Assembly: GCA_964402955.1 (NCBI GenBank)
Contig: CAYOEZ010000001.1
Location: forward strand, 35,027 to 99,026
DNA length: 64,000 bases
DNA from: an uncultured Ktedonobacterales bacterium
GTDB taxonomy: Bacteria > Chloroflexota > DTOL01 > DAOUCN01
Direction: 5' to 3'
Below, one piece after another: positions 8,242-17,186 of the stretch. How positions within the stretch are numbered: position 1 is the stretch's first letter; each line of letters begins with the position of its first letter. The notes beneath the pieces were generated by a model. It searched no databases and was not told the DNA's origin. It saw nothing but the letters and a program-made list of their open reading frames with translations. A program made the position numbers and the translations under genes.

Positions 8242-11208
8242 ATGCTTAATCGCCTCTTCTCGCGCGATCCTCTTCGTGACCATATCGCCCAGCTTGAGTC
8301 TGAGATGCTGTCGTGGATCGGCGACGTGTGGCGTGACGTTGCGCATGACCTGATCTTCCGCATCCCGGATCGGTTCGACGTGATCACCCGGCCCAACGAT
8401 CCCCTCTATCCCTACGTCAGCCAGAGCATTGCCAGGCTGCGTTCGCTCCGGCCCGATGCAGAGCTGAGCGTCATGGCTGCCGATATGCTCTTCAACCCGA
8501 CCGTCTGGCATCCCCGCTACGGCGACCGCAACTACGCCCAGCGGGAAATGCTGTACACTCTCGTGAGTTGCGCCATCACCATTCCACCGCCCAATATCTG
8601 CCGTCGCCTACGCGCGCGTATCGAGCAGTTCCTCATCCATCCCAAGGATCACGCCGAGATCACGAAGGGCATGAAAGTCACCTTCCCATCGTGGCGCGTC
8701 TTCTGGCCGCCCGAGCTGGAGGACTGCCTGGACATCCTCAAGACGCTGCCGGTGACGAGCGATAGCCTCGACCTCATGGAGGACATCGTCCTTGGGCGAT
8801 TGGATTCGCCTGTCACGGAGAATCCGGAGAACTGGCAGGGGAACCGCGGGCTGACCTCGTACTCGCCATCCTCCATATCGGTGTATACTTATGTCTTCGG
8901 AGACGAGCTGGCGCGTGAGTATTCCTGGATGATGACGCGCCTGTTTGACCACGGACGCCTGGATGTGAATGCTTTCTGTACTGCCGCCCAACACAATCCT
9001 CGCGTGCTCGGTTACGCGCGCCAGCCGCTGCAGGAGACAGGCAGACCTGACTTCTTCCAGCGCGACACCGGCCCGGCCTTGAGCGCTGTGCTGCCCGACT
9101 ACTGCGATCATGTATCGTGGCTGGCTGCCCAGAACCTGAGCGAAGACAACTGTAAGCAGATCAAAGAGCTTGCCTGGCTGCGCGGCGGCCGCTTCCTGGT
9201 ACAGGCGGCGCGCTGCCACAGCGAGCGCAAGATGGGCAAGCTGGTGTATGGAGAGGATATTCGCTGGCGCGAAGACCTTGAGGCCGCTGTCATTCACATG
9301 GCGAACGTGTTCGTGCGCGAGCCTGAATCGGCCCAGGAACGGCTCGACCTTGTCGCGCAACTGAGCGCATTTCCGCGCGACACGATGCGTTATCTGCTGC
9401 CTGTTGCTCCCAATGGCCACGATCTGCTGTGCGAAGCCTTGGGCTGGCAAGCCGCTATCCCACTGGCTGCGGCGCTCAGCCGCGAGCAGGTCGACGAGGA
9501 GCACCTGCCCGATGTGCTGGCCGTGCGGCAGGCTCTCGAGCAGGCCGGCGACAAGATCGCCAAGGACATGATTGGCCTGTTCCGCGGCGCGCACGTCCAT
9601 TCTGCGCGGCTGCCCTTCTTTGAGGCCATCGCTGGCTGGAATCGCACCCGCGTCGAGCAGGGCTTGCCCAAGCGCAATCAGATGTCGGTGCGTGCCCTGG
9701 GTCTCCTGCCGCTGCAGCGCGGCGACGCCGAGGTGTTGGAGCGCTACACCTTCCTGATGCGTTTTGCCAAGGAGAGCAAGCAGTTCGGCGCGCAACGCCA
9801 GGCCAGCGAGCAGGCAGCCGCAGAGGCCGGGCTGTCCCATCTGGCACAGACAGCCGGCTATGCAGACCCGACGCGCCTGGAGTGGGCGATGGAGGCCCGC
9901 CTGGGCGGTCAAAACGCTGCGCCTGGGCGGATCTGGAGCATCGGCGACTATGAGGTGTCACTCACGCTCCCTGCGCTCGATCCGGAACTGATCTTCCGGC
10001 GCGGTGACCGGACTCTCACCTCCGCGCCCGAAGCCGTCCGGCAAAATGAGGCCTACGCTGAGATCAAAGAGGCGGTTGCTGTTGTGCGCAACCAAATCAG
10101 CCGCGTGCGTACGACATTCGAAGAGATAATGGCCACTGAGCAGAGCCTGAGCGGCGAGGACCTGAGCAGCATCGCGGCCATACCAGCAGCCAATGCTCTT
10201 CTGCGGCGGCTGATCCTGCGCAGTGAGCGCGGCGAGCTTGGCTTGCTCGACCCTGTTGGCAGCGCGCTAATCACGCTTGACGGGGCGACTGTGCCGCTTG
10301 GGGAAGGCGTTTCGATCGCCCATAGTTACCATCTGTTCGAAAGCGGCCAGCTTGCCGGTTGGCAGCGCGCCGTCGTGCACCAGCGTATCATCCAGCCCTT
10401 CAAGCAGGCCTTCCGCGAGCTATATGTTGTGACGCCTGCCGAAGAGGAGACCGTCAGCTTCTCCAACCGTTTTGCCGGCCACGTCCTTGACCCGCGCATC
10501 GCCAATCGCCTGTTCCAGGCAAGGCGGTGGAGCATGTTCCAACTGGACAACACTGTGCCGTACAAAGTCTTTGCGCAGGCCGGCATTGTCGCCGAGTTTC
10601 TCTTTCCAGACGCGGGGCACTTTCTGGCCGAAACGGACGTCATTACCAGCGACCAGGTGTATTTCGCACCGTGGAGCGGCGGCGCGCCGGACCTGCCGTG
10701 GTCGCTGCCAGGGAGCAGGCCGGCATACCATGAGCGATGGGGGGAGCTAGATGAGGGGCGCATCCCTCTCAACCGCATCCCGCCGCTGATTTTCTCCGAG
10801 GTGATGCGTGACGCCGATCTCATTGTTTCTGTCGCGCGGACGGCCGACGAGGCATTGACGTCGCAGGAGACATTCGTCCGTCGCGGCGAGCTTGTTGCTG
10901 CCCTTGTGGAGGATCTCGGCTTGCCTGGGGTGACTGTTGAGGGCCACTTCGCCCATGTGCAGGGCCGGCGCGCCCGCTACCGCGTGCACTTAGGCAGCGC
11001 TGCCATTCATATCGAACCGGGGCACTATCTGTGTGTTGTCCCGGACCGCAAAGCGCAGACAGGTGAAAAGCTGTTTCTGCCATTCGCTGACGCGCACGAT
11101 AGCAAGGTGAGTGAGGTTATCAGCAAGATCCTGCTCCTGGCAAACGACCAGGCGATCAAAGATCCCACCATCCTACGCCAGATTGAGGCTCATCGCGCCA
11201 CGCCCTGA
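8242..11208 (+). CDS. large uncharacterized protein (988 aa), probably DUF4132/MolR-YehI-like
   Basis: The ATG is 3 nt after the preceding stop. C-terminal motifs IIQPFKQAFRELYVVT, IPPLIFSEVMRDADLIVSVA, YLCVVPD...LFLPFAD and SKILLLANDQAIKDPTILRQI resemble DUF4132-family proteins from memory. No HMM search was possible. Confidence 0.6.
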   Translation: MLNRLFSRDPLRDHIAQLESEMLSWIGDVWRDVAHDLIFRIPDRFDVITRPNDPLYPYVSQSIARLRSLRPDAELSVMAADMLFNPTVWHPRYGDRNYAQREMLYTLVSCAITIPPPNICRRLRARIEQFLIHPKDHAEITKGMKVTFPSWRVFWPPELEDCLDILKTLPVTSDSLDLMEDIVLGRLDSPVTENPENWQGNRGLTSYSPSSISVYTYVFGDELAREYSWMMTRLFDHGRLDVNAFCTAAQHNPRVLGYARQPLQETGRPDFFQRDTGPALSAVLPDYCDHVSWLAAQNLSEDNCKQIKELAWLRGGRFLVQAARCHSERKMGKLVYGEDIRWREDLEAAVIHMANVFVREPESAQERLDLVAQLSAFPRDTMRYLLPVAPNGHDLLCEALGWQAAIPLAAALSREQVDEEHLPDVLAVRQALEQAGDKIAKDMIGLFRGAHVHSARLPFFEAIAGWNRTRVEQGLPKRNQMSVRALGLLPLQRGDAEVLERYTFLMRFAKESKQFGAQRQASEQAAAEAGLSHLAQTAGYADPTRLEWAMEARLGGQNAAPGRIWSIGDYEVSLTLPALDPELIFRRGDRTLTSAPEAVRQNEAYAEIKEAVAVVRNQISRVRTTFEEIMATEQSLSGEDLSSIAAIPAANALLRRLILRSERGELGLLDPVGSALITLDGATVPLGEGVSIAHSYHLFESGQLAGWQRAVVHQRIIQPFKQAFRELYVVTPAEEETVSFSNRFAGHVLDPRIANRLFQARRWSMFQLDNTVPYKVFAQAGIVAEFLFPDAGHFLAETDVITSDQVYFAPWSGGAPDLPWSLPGSRPAYHERWGELDEGRIPLNRIPPLIFSEVMRDADLIVSVARTADEALTSQETFVRRGELVAALVEDLGLPGVTVEGHFAHVQGRRARYRVHLGSAAIHIEPGHYLCVVPDRKAQTGEKLFLPFADAHDSKVSEVISKILLLANDQAIKDPTILRQIEAHRATP

Positions 11209-11343
11209 TTTGCCCACACAGAAAAGCAGTGAGCGCAGAGGTGGGGAAAAAACCTGCGCCCGCTGCTTTGTGTGCGCCCGGCGTCGGCGCGTATCCCTGA
11301 GTAGGTCAGGAATCCCTGCCTGACACATGCGCGCTCGACCAAC

Positions 11344-11363
11344 GTCAGACAAGGATGTCTGAC
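11344..11363 (-). terminator. hairpin downstream of the PfkB gene (possible terminator between convergent genes)
   Basis: GTCAGACA-AGGA-TGTCTGAC, an 8-bp perfect stem, lies 7 nt beyond the minus-strand stop at 11370. It has only a weak U tract. Confidence 0.3.
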
Positions 11364-11369
11364 CTACAT

Positions 11370-12254
11370 CTACATCTCGCGCAGCCGTTTGTTCACATCT
11401 ACCATCGTTCCCGAGAAAGGCCCCGCCGTTTCCATTTTCAGCGAGGTGACAGCCGCGGCAAAGCGGCAGGCCTCAGCGGCGCCAGCCGACTGGCGTTTGG
11501 CCAGGTACGAGGCGAAGCAGGTATCGCCGCGTCCGGTGCGGCCTTTGATCTGGCGCGCCGTGAAGGGGGCGTGGTAGAACGTCCCCCCGGCATAAACGTT
11601 GACGCCGGCGGCGTTGGTCAACAGGATTTCCTTTGGCCCGTAGGCGGCCAGGCGTTGCATGGCTGCTTTGACATCGGTCAGCCCGGTCAGCGACTCAGCC
11701 TCGGCGTGGTCCACCTTCAGCACATCCACCAGCGCCAGCCCCTCGTCTTTCTGCGGCCAGTCTCTGAAGACAAGGTCGTCGCCCACCGGCACACGCACAA
11801 AGCCCTGAATGTCCAGCGCCAGCGTTCCCCGCCCCTTGAGCGCCTTGAGCACATCCATCCCCACCTCGCCGGCGATAATCGGGCCGACGATCCAGGTGTG
11901 GGCAGAAATGGCCGGGATGTCCTCGACGCGGAAGGGGCCGGCGAACGCCAGCGGCTTGCAGATACGCCGGTCCATATCGGGCGTCGTGTAGATGTTGTCG
12001 ATGCCGGAGGTGGCAGGGGCTGCCTGGGCGAAGACAGTCACGCCGGCCTGCTTCACCTCATCCAGCCGGAAGAAGTCGTTGGGGTGGAGGCGGGTGACGA
12101 TGGCCACGCGCCAGCCCAGCCGCGCCAGAGCGATGCTGGCGTAGTAGACTGATCCACCCGAACAGACAACGGTCTCTCCCTGATATGTGACCTTGTCTTT
12201 GGCAAAGTGGCCGATCATGACGACGTCCACGCTGGTGTTAGTCGCTGTCATCAT
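11370..12254 (-). CDS. PfkB-family carbohydrate kinase
   Basis: N-terminal VVMIGHFAKD...GGSVYYASIALARLG and C-terminal GRTGRGDTCFASYL (the GxGD anion-hole motif of the ribokinase superfamily). Confidence 0.85.
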   Translation of the reverse strand: MMTATNTSVDVVMIGHFAKDKVTYQGETVVCSGGSVYYASIALARLGWRVAIVTRLHPNDFFRLDEVKQAGVTVFAQAAPATSGIDNIYTTPDMDRRICKPLAFAGPFRVEDIPAISAHTWIVGPIIAGEVGMDVLKALKGRGTLALDIQGFVRVPVGDDLVFRDWPQKDEGLALVDVLKVDHAEAESLTGLTDVKAAMQRLAAYGPKEILLTNAAGVNVYAGGTFYHAPFTARQIKGRTGRGDTCFASYLAKRQSAGAAEACRFAAAVTSLKMETAGPFSGTMVDVNKRLREM

Positions 12255-12284
12255 ACTCTCCTTGCGTCCTGTAGTTGCGCAGCC

Positions 12285-12313
12285 ATTGTATCATGTTGCA
12301 GCGGCGCGCTCAA
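12285..12313 (-). promoter_or_regulatory. sigma70-type promoter for the PfkB kinase gene
   Basis: The minus strand reads TTGAGC (12313-12308), a 17-nt spacer, then TACAAT (12290-12285). AAGGAG follows just before the ATG. Confidence 0.5.
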
Positions 12314-12329
12314 GCATGCGGGAGAGCAA

Positions 12330-12857
12330 CTAATTGAGTGTAAGCGGCAGGAACAGCATGGTCGGGTTGGCGATGTCGGTCACGATGACCGTGCCGGTCA
12401 TGCCAAACGAGCCGTGCGGCCTGCAATAATACGCGTAGTCGCCCGCCACGGTGAATGTGTGCTCGTAGACCGAACCGGCAACAGAGGTCGGATTGGCGCT
12501 GCAGTTCTGGTCGTCGGGAGAGCAGAACAAGCCATCAGGGTTTCCGGGGACGCCGCTCGTCACCGTGTGCTCACCGGCTGCCCACACCCAGCGCACCGAG
12601 CTGCCAATGGGGATGATGACCATATCAGGCGAGAACGTCGCGCCCCCTTCTCCCACGGTTACCGTAACAACACTCGCGCTCTGTAGCATGTTGGTGGGCC
12701 GCGCCGCGCTGTCATTGACAGTGCCATCCTCGGTCATGGCGTGCATGTCTGCGCCAGGCGTGGCTGCCAACGTCAGCCGCGAGCCACCCATGAGCGCCAG
12801 CGCCACCGTGAGGATGGCGACGCCAACGAACGCTGTCACCTTGCACAATCTGTTCAT
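12330..12857 (-). CDS. exported type-1 (blue) copper protein, plastocyanin/halocyanin-like cupredoxin
   Basis: The start at MNRLCKVTAFVGVAILTVALALMGG is a signal peptide preceded by a GGGAG RBS. The copper ligand pattern is a His in WAAGEHTV plus YYCRPHGSFGM (C-x2-H-x4-M). The longer track start at 12962 overlaps the promoter. Confidence 0.8.
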   Translation of the reverse strand: MNRLCKVTAFVGVAILTVALALMGGSRLTLAATPGADMHAMTEDGTVNDSAARPTNMLQSASVVTVTVGEGGATFSPDMVIIPIGSSVRWVWAAGEHTVTSGVPGNPDGLFCSPDDQNCSANPTSVAGSVYEHTFTVAGDYAYYCRPHGSFGMTGTVIVTDIANPTMLFLPLTLN

Positions 12858-12933
12858 CCCAAGCTCCCTTGCGCGTCTGCGCTCGCTACCGTGCGCTGAT
12901 TGCCTTGAATCAATATATAACTGCGATAGTAAT

Positions 12934-12962
12934 GTTATACTCCAAACGACTGGCTGTGTCAA
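12934..12962 (-). promoter_or_regulatory. sigma70-type promoter for the cupredoxin gene
   Basis: The minus strand reads TTGACA (12962-12957), a 17-nt spacer, then TATAAC (12939-12934). Confidence 0.5.
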
Positions 12963-13105
12963 GCGATCTCGGAATCTAGTCCAGCCTGTCGATGAGTGCT
13001 GTCAACTCCGCAATCGAGTGCACGGTGTAGGCCGGCGTCTCCTCGGCGCTCTGTGGCGTGCTGCGGCGGCGATCGTTCCCGTGCAGGAAGACAGAGATCA
13101 CTGTG

Positions 13106-13831
13106 TCATCTCCCCAGATAGTCTTTGATGGCTCGCTCCAGACCGCGCGCGTCGTTCCAGTCCTGGCGCGTCACGATGCGCCCGTCCATCCCGATCAGAA
13201 ACGCGTTGTTTGGCAGGCGGCCATAGGTACACCAGAGCGGGTTGTCCATCTCGTCCACGAGCACGGGCATCGTGATCTTTGCTTCCGCAATCGTCTTGGC
13301 GGCGACGGCCACCCTTTCCTCGTAGAGCCGGGCTTGGGTAACAGGCGTGCCCCTGGCGTCGCGGCTGAACTGGGCCGGGTTCTGCTCGATTGGGTGCGCT
13401 TCTTTAGTGTAGATGGTAATGAAGGAAACCATATCGCTGTATCTCTGATAGAGGTCGTTGTTGCCAGCACACTGCTGGCGGAAGGGCGGTCAAGTAAATG
13501 AACCAAAGATCATGATCACCGGCTTCTCAGCCAGCAACGTCGAGAGCGTCCATGCCTTGCCCTTCGTGTCCTTGAGCGTGAAGTCGACGGCCAGTTGCCC
13601 GGGCGTCAGCGGCCGCGTGGCAAATGACTGAAACTGGTCGCAGCGGCGCGCCAGAGTGCTGGACGGCTCCAGTCGTGGCGGCGCCGGCGTCGGCGTGAAC
13701 GTGACCGTTGGCGTCAGCGCTGCTGTGGGCGTTGCCGCCGGCGTGGGGGCCGTGGGCGCGGCCGATCGGCAGGCCGGCAGCATGGCCAGTGCAAGAAGGA
13801 GAAGACAGGACGCCAGTCGTCGTCGCGTCAT
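13106..13831 (-). CDS. deiodinase-like thioredoxin-fold lipoprotein, probable selenoprotein (in-frame UGA at 13490-13492)
   Basis: Track ORFs 13490-13831 and 13106-13432 share one frame and are separated only by a TGA. Read-through gives FGSFT-U-PPFRQQC...ITIYTKEAHP, which is the deiodinase family active-site motif. The N-terminus is a lipoprotein signal (LALAMLPAC) followed by a Thr/Pro linker. Confidence 0.75.
13463..13479 (-). promoter_or_regulatory. candidate bacterial SECIS hairpin
   Basis: The minus strand reads UGA, then 10 nt (CCGCCCUUCC), then GCCAGCA-GUG-UGCUGGC. This is a perfect 7-bp stem with a 3-nt loop that begins with G. Confidence 0.65.
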
Positions 13832-13856
13832 GGAGAGAGCGCACCCCCGCGTCTAC

Positions 13857-13885
13857 ATTCTACCACCTCATGTCGCTGCTGGCAA
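13857..13885 (-). promoter_or_regulatory. sigma70-type promoter for the selenoprotein gene
   Basis: The minus strand reads TTGCCA (13885-13880), a 17-nt spacer, then TAGAAT (13862-13857). It lies about 25 nt upstream of the ATG at 13831. Confidence 0.5.
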
Positions 13886-14285
13886 CAGGGTGCATCCAAT
13901 ACCCGTTTTTGATTAGGCCCGTTGTGGCAGGCGAACGCGCCGATGAACAGTATTACCGCGTTGGTCTTGGCCCCCTGCACCCGCTAGCTCACCCTATCCC
14001 CAGCCGCTCCTGGAAGCGCATCACCTTCATCGTGACGCACTGGGCGCAGATTGTGCGCGCCTGGGATGTGAGCGACCTGCTGGAGGAGAATGCGCTGGAA
14101 CGAGGGCTTTGGAGTGCTCTGGATAAGCTACGGGCAGTGCGGGATGAGGAAGAGGAGTGGTGAGCAGGGAGTAGGGTGTTCTGCTCACGACCAAATCAGA
14201 CAAACGGGCCATGAATTCAGGTGAGGGTCTCGTCCTTGCCAGAATCTCTCCGGAGGGAGTATACTGATGACCAGGGAGGAGCAGG

Positions 14286-14700
14286 ATGGCAGAGACCAAA
14301 ACGCGTCGCCAGTGGACAGCGGAAGAGAAGCCCGGAATAATTCAGGAGGCCCGACAAGCAGATCAGGCGGTGAGCGATGTGTGCCGGTGACACGGCGTCG
14401 CCATGCAAGAGACGAGAAGAGCCGGATCCGCACGGTCGTTCGCCAGGCAGAAGAGGTGACCAGCCGTCCGCGGCGCGGCGTTCTGCTGACGTTTGGCCCG
14501 CCCCGTGTGACGTACTATCGGTGGACGCAGGGCCGGACAGCGGGGACACTGACCGAGCCGATCATCGTCCGAGCGCGGCATGTGCTTGCGCCGACGCCAG
14601 CCGAGGTTGCGGCCGTCTGTCGCTTTGCCTGTGTGCCCCAGAATGGGTTACGAGCGGTTGGCATGGCAGATGGTGGACAATGACGTTGCCTATCTGAAGC
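14286..14700 (+). mobile_element. IS3-family-like transposase remnant (degenerate orfA, truncated orfB)
   Basis: MAETKTRRQWTAEEKPGIIQEARQADQAVSDVCR-stop-HGVA matches the HTH orfA pattern but contains an in-frame TGA. Downstream frames give TPAEVAAV...PRMGYERLAWQMVDNDVAYL (the orfB N-terminus), after which similarity is lost. No intact rve domain or element ends were identified. Confidence 0.55.
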
Positions 14701-14749
14701 GTCATCAGGTCGACGGCTTTTTGACGATCAACAATCCGGCAATACACAC

Positions 14750-14778
14750 TTGTGCATCTGGTGACCGTAATGTATAAT
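14750..14778 (+). promoter_or_regulatory. sigma70-type promoter for the first GntR regulator
   Basis: TTGTGC (14750-14755), a 17-nt spacer, then TATAAT (14773-14778). Confidence 0.5.
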
Positions 14779-14834
14779 GCACTACGTTCGAAAACTCTTC
14801 CTATCGCAACCAAAAGGACTACGCTGGCAACGCC

Positions 14835-15581
14835 ATGTCTACCCTCGGAAAGCTTGATAATTTGCCGTCGCTGAGTGAACGTGCCTATGGCGTCATTCAG
14901 GATGCCATACTTACGCTCAAAATCCGCCCCGGACAGAGAGTGGCCATCGGCGACCTCGCTGAGCAATTGGGTATTAGCCGTACCCCCGTCCGCGATGCGC
15001 TGTTGCTCCTGGAGAAAGAGGGTCTGGTGACGATGATGGCACAGCGCGGAGCCCACGTGGCGACCGTAACAGTGGAGGACGTTCGCGATATCTACGAATT
15101 GCGTAGCGTTCTTGAAGGCTACGCTCCCCGCCTCGTCGCCACATCCCTCACCAGCAGTGAGCTCGCCGCGGCACGCGCGGCCCTGCAAGATGCTGCTGAC
15201 GCCCTGGCCCGTTGCGAGGCTAAACGGGCCAGCGACCTGGGCCACCAATTGCACGAACTCATCGTTCGCAAGGTCGTCAATCGCCGCCTGATCTCCTACC
15301 TGAACGACCTCGACATGCACTACACTCGCATTCGCCACTATACGTTGCTCATTCCTGGCCGCATCGAACAATCGCAGGAGGAGCATCAACGCATCCTGGC
15401 TGCCCTGGATGCTCACGACCCGTTGGCGGCGGAGCAGGCGATGGAAGCGCACCTGATGTCTGTACACAACGACCTCATGCAACATCAGGAGATCTTCGCA
15501 GGCGAGCCAGAGAGCCATGCCGCACGGCTTGGGCGTCACGTCGTGTTATCCTCGTCCTTTCATGATCGTGCTTTGCCGTAG
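14835..15581 (+). CDS. GntR-family transcriptional regulator (FadR/FCD-type)
   Basis: Winged-HTH segment LAEQLGISRTPVRDALLLLEKEGLV followed by a helical FCD-like C-terminal domain. Confidence 0.9.
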   Translation: MSTLGKLDNLPSLSERAYGVIQDAILTLKIRPGQRVAIGDLAEQLGISRTPVRDALLLLEKEGLVTMMAQRGAHVATVTVEDVRDIYELRSVLEGYAPRLVATSLTSSELAAARAALQDAADALARCEAKRASDLGHQLHELIVRKVVNRRLISYLNDLDMHYTRIRHYTLLIPGRIEQSQEEHQRILAALDAHDPLAAEQAMEAHLMSVHNDLMQHQEIFAGEPESHAARLGRHVVLSSSFHDRALP

Positions 15582-15649
15582 GTTGCGCACTCCCTTCGCG
15601 TCGTCTCCACCAGATACTGACGAGTTTTCAGCGAAAGACTCCCGCGCTC

Positions 15650-15678
15650 TTGACAAATGGCTCTTCATGTGATATACA
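15650..15678 (+). promoter_or_regulatory. sigma70-type promoter for the PrpD-like/DapA-like/RidA operon, followed by an AT-rich operator-like stretch
   Basis: TTGACA (15650-15655), a 17-nt spacer, then TATACA (15673-15678). The downstream GCATGTAATATATCGTGTATCATATAC contains GT..AC-type half-sites plausible for GntR binding. Confidence 0.5.
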
Positions 15679-15765
15679 GCATGTAATATATCGTGTATCA
15701 TATACCCTGGCAAAGAGCACCACACTCACGCCCATCCCCGCACACTTACGGGAGGCAGTCAGGTC

Positions 15766-17127
15766 ATGCATGTCTGGCCCCATACCCAGCGTCTGGCTGA
15801 GTACTCAGCCAGCTTCACGTTCCACGATCTGCCTCAGCGGGCAGTCGAGCTGACCAAGCCGCTCGTCTTGGATACCTTGGGTGCGCTCTTTGCCGCCTGG
15901 CCCGACCGCCACCCCGTCGCCCGTCTTCTTGGTGACTATGTGGAGCAGATGGGTGGCGCCCCGGAATGTACGGTCTTAGGCCGTGACTTCAAGGCCCCTG
16001 CCGCCAATGCTGCCCTGGTCAATGGGACGATGGGCTATGCGGCGGATATTGAAGGCGGCGGGTTTGCCCGTATGCACGCGGCGGCCGTCTTTGTCCCCAC
16101 AGTATTGGTTATGGGTGAACGGCAAAACCTCAGCGGCAAGGACGTCATTGCCGCACTGGCTTTGGCCTATGATATCTCCGGCAGGGTCAGCGAAGCCAAT
16201 CGCACCAGCTCACCTTATCCCCACTCGTTCCACCCTTCGGCTGTCTTTGGTACCTTTGGCGCCGCTGCCGTCGCTGGTTATGCCTTGCATTTGGATGCAG
16301 ACCGATTCGTCAACTGCTACGGCCTGGCCGGGAACGTTGCCTCCGGGTTGATTGCCTGGGTGGACGACCCGACCGAGCATTCCCGCTCCTATGGCATCGG
16401 GGTCGCTGCACACAATGGCGTCAATGCCGGTCTATTGGCCGAGCGCGGCTTCGGCGGCCCGCGTGGCATCTTCGATCCAATGAAGTACAACATCTTTGAC
16501 GCCTTCTCGGGTGAGGCTCACCTGGAGGAGTTAAGCCGAGATTTGGGGAAAGAGTACTACATCGAGCGGGCCGACGGTTACAAGCAGTATCCCTGCTGTG
16601 GCGACATTCACTCTGGGCTTGATGCGCTGCTGGCTATTCTCGCCGAGCAGAATGTGCGCCCCCAGGAGATTGCCCAAATTACCCATATGGTCAAGCCCGG
16701 CCGGGCACAAATCATAGACAACAACCCATTGCGTTCCCACTGCTCGCAGTACATTCTGGCCGTCGCAGCGGTCGAGCATCAAATCCGTTGGGATGACTTC
16801 CTCCACGACCGGCGGGCTGAACCAGCCATTGGCACCGTTGCTGCCAAAACCCGGCTGATCGCCGCCCCGGAGCTTGAGACATCCCCTGCGGCTGCTCCAG
16901 CCATCGTTGAAATCACGACAAATGATGGACGAATCTTCCGTAAGCGCGTCGACTTCGCCAAGGGGCGCAGCCAGAACCCACTGACGCAGGCGGAACTTGA
17001 GCAGAAATTCGTCCGCCTGTCTGCGCCTGCGATAGGAGAGCCGCGCTGCGCCGAGATCATGGCTCTCGTCAAACAACTGGATAGCATTGCGAATGTTCGC
17101 CAACTTATCGAGCTCATGCATCGCTGA
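15766..17127 (+). CDS. MmgE/PrpD-family protein (paralog 1)
   Basis: 453 aa. Conserved blocks LDTLGA, NGTMGYAADIEG, HPSAVFG and YPCCGDIHSG are shared with the two other paralogs in the window. Confidence 0.9.
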   Translation: MHVWPHTQRLAEYSASFTFHDLPQRAVELTKPLVLDTLGALFAAWPDRHPVARLLGDYVEQMGGAPECTVLGRDFKAPAANAALVNGTMGYAADIEGGGFARMHAAAVFVPTVLVMGERQNLSGKDVIAALALAYDISGRVSEANRTSSPYPHSFHPSAVFGTFGAAAVAGYALHLDADRFVNCYGLAGNVASGLIAWVDDPTEHSRSYGIGVAAHNGVNAGLLAERGFGGPRGIFDPMKYNIFDAFSGEAHLEELSRDLGKEYYIERADGYKQYPCCGDIHSGLDALLAILAEQNVRPQEIAQITHMVKPGRAQIIDNNPLRSHCSQYILAVAAVEHQIRWDDFLHDRRAEPAIGTVAAKTRLIAAPELETSPAAAPAIVEITTNDGRIFRKRVDFAKGRSQNPLTQAELEQKFVRLSAPAIGEPRCAEIMALVKQLDSIANVRQLIELMHR

Positions 17128-17186
17128 CACGACGGCCACCAGAGACACCGGCCACGTGGCTGGCAAGAGAACAGAGGAGGCTTCTC

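Noticed and set aside
13708-14163. 151-aa plus-strand ORF between the selenoprotein gene and the IS remnant
   Set aside because: Its 5' half overlaps the selenoprotein gene antisense. The 3' part (ITFIVTHWAQIVRAWDVSDLLEENALERGLW) has no recognisable family, RBS or start. It may be another relic, but I cannot support a call.
15650-15853. 67-aa ORF upstream of and overlapping the PrpD paralog 1 start
   Set aside because: It starts inside the -35 box of the predicted promoter and overlaps the real gene out of frame. No RBS is present.
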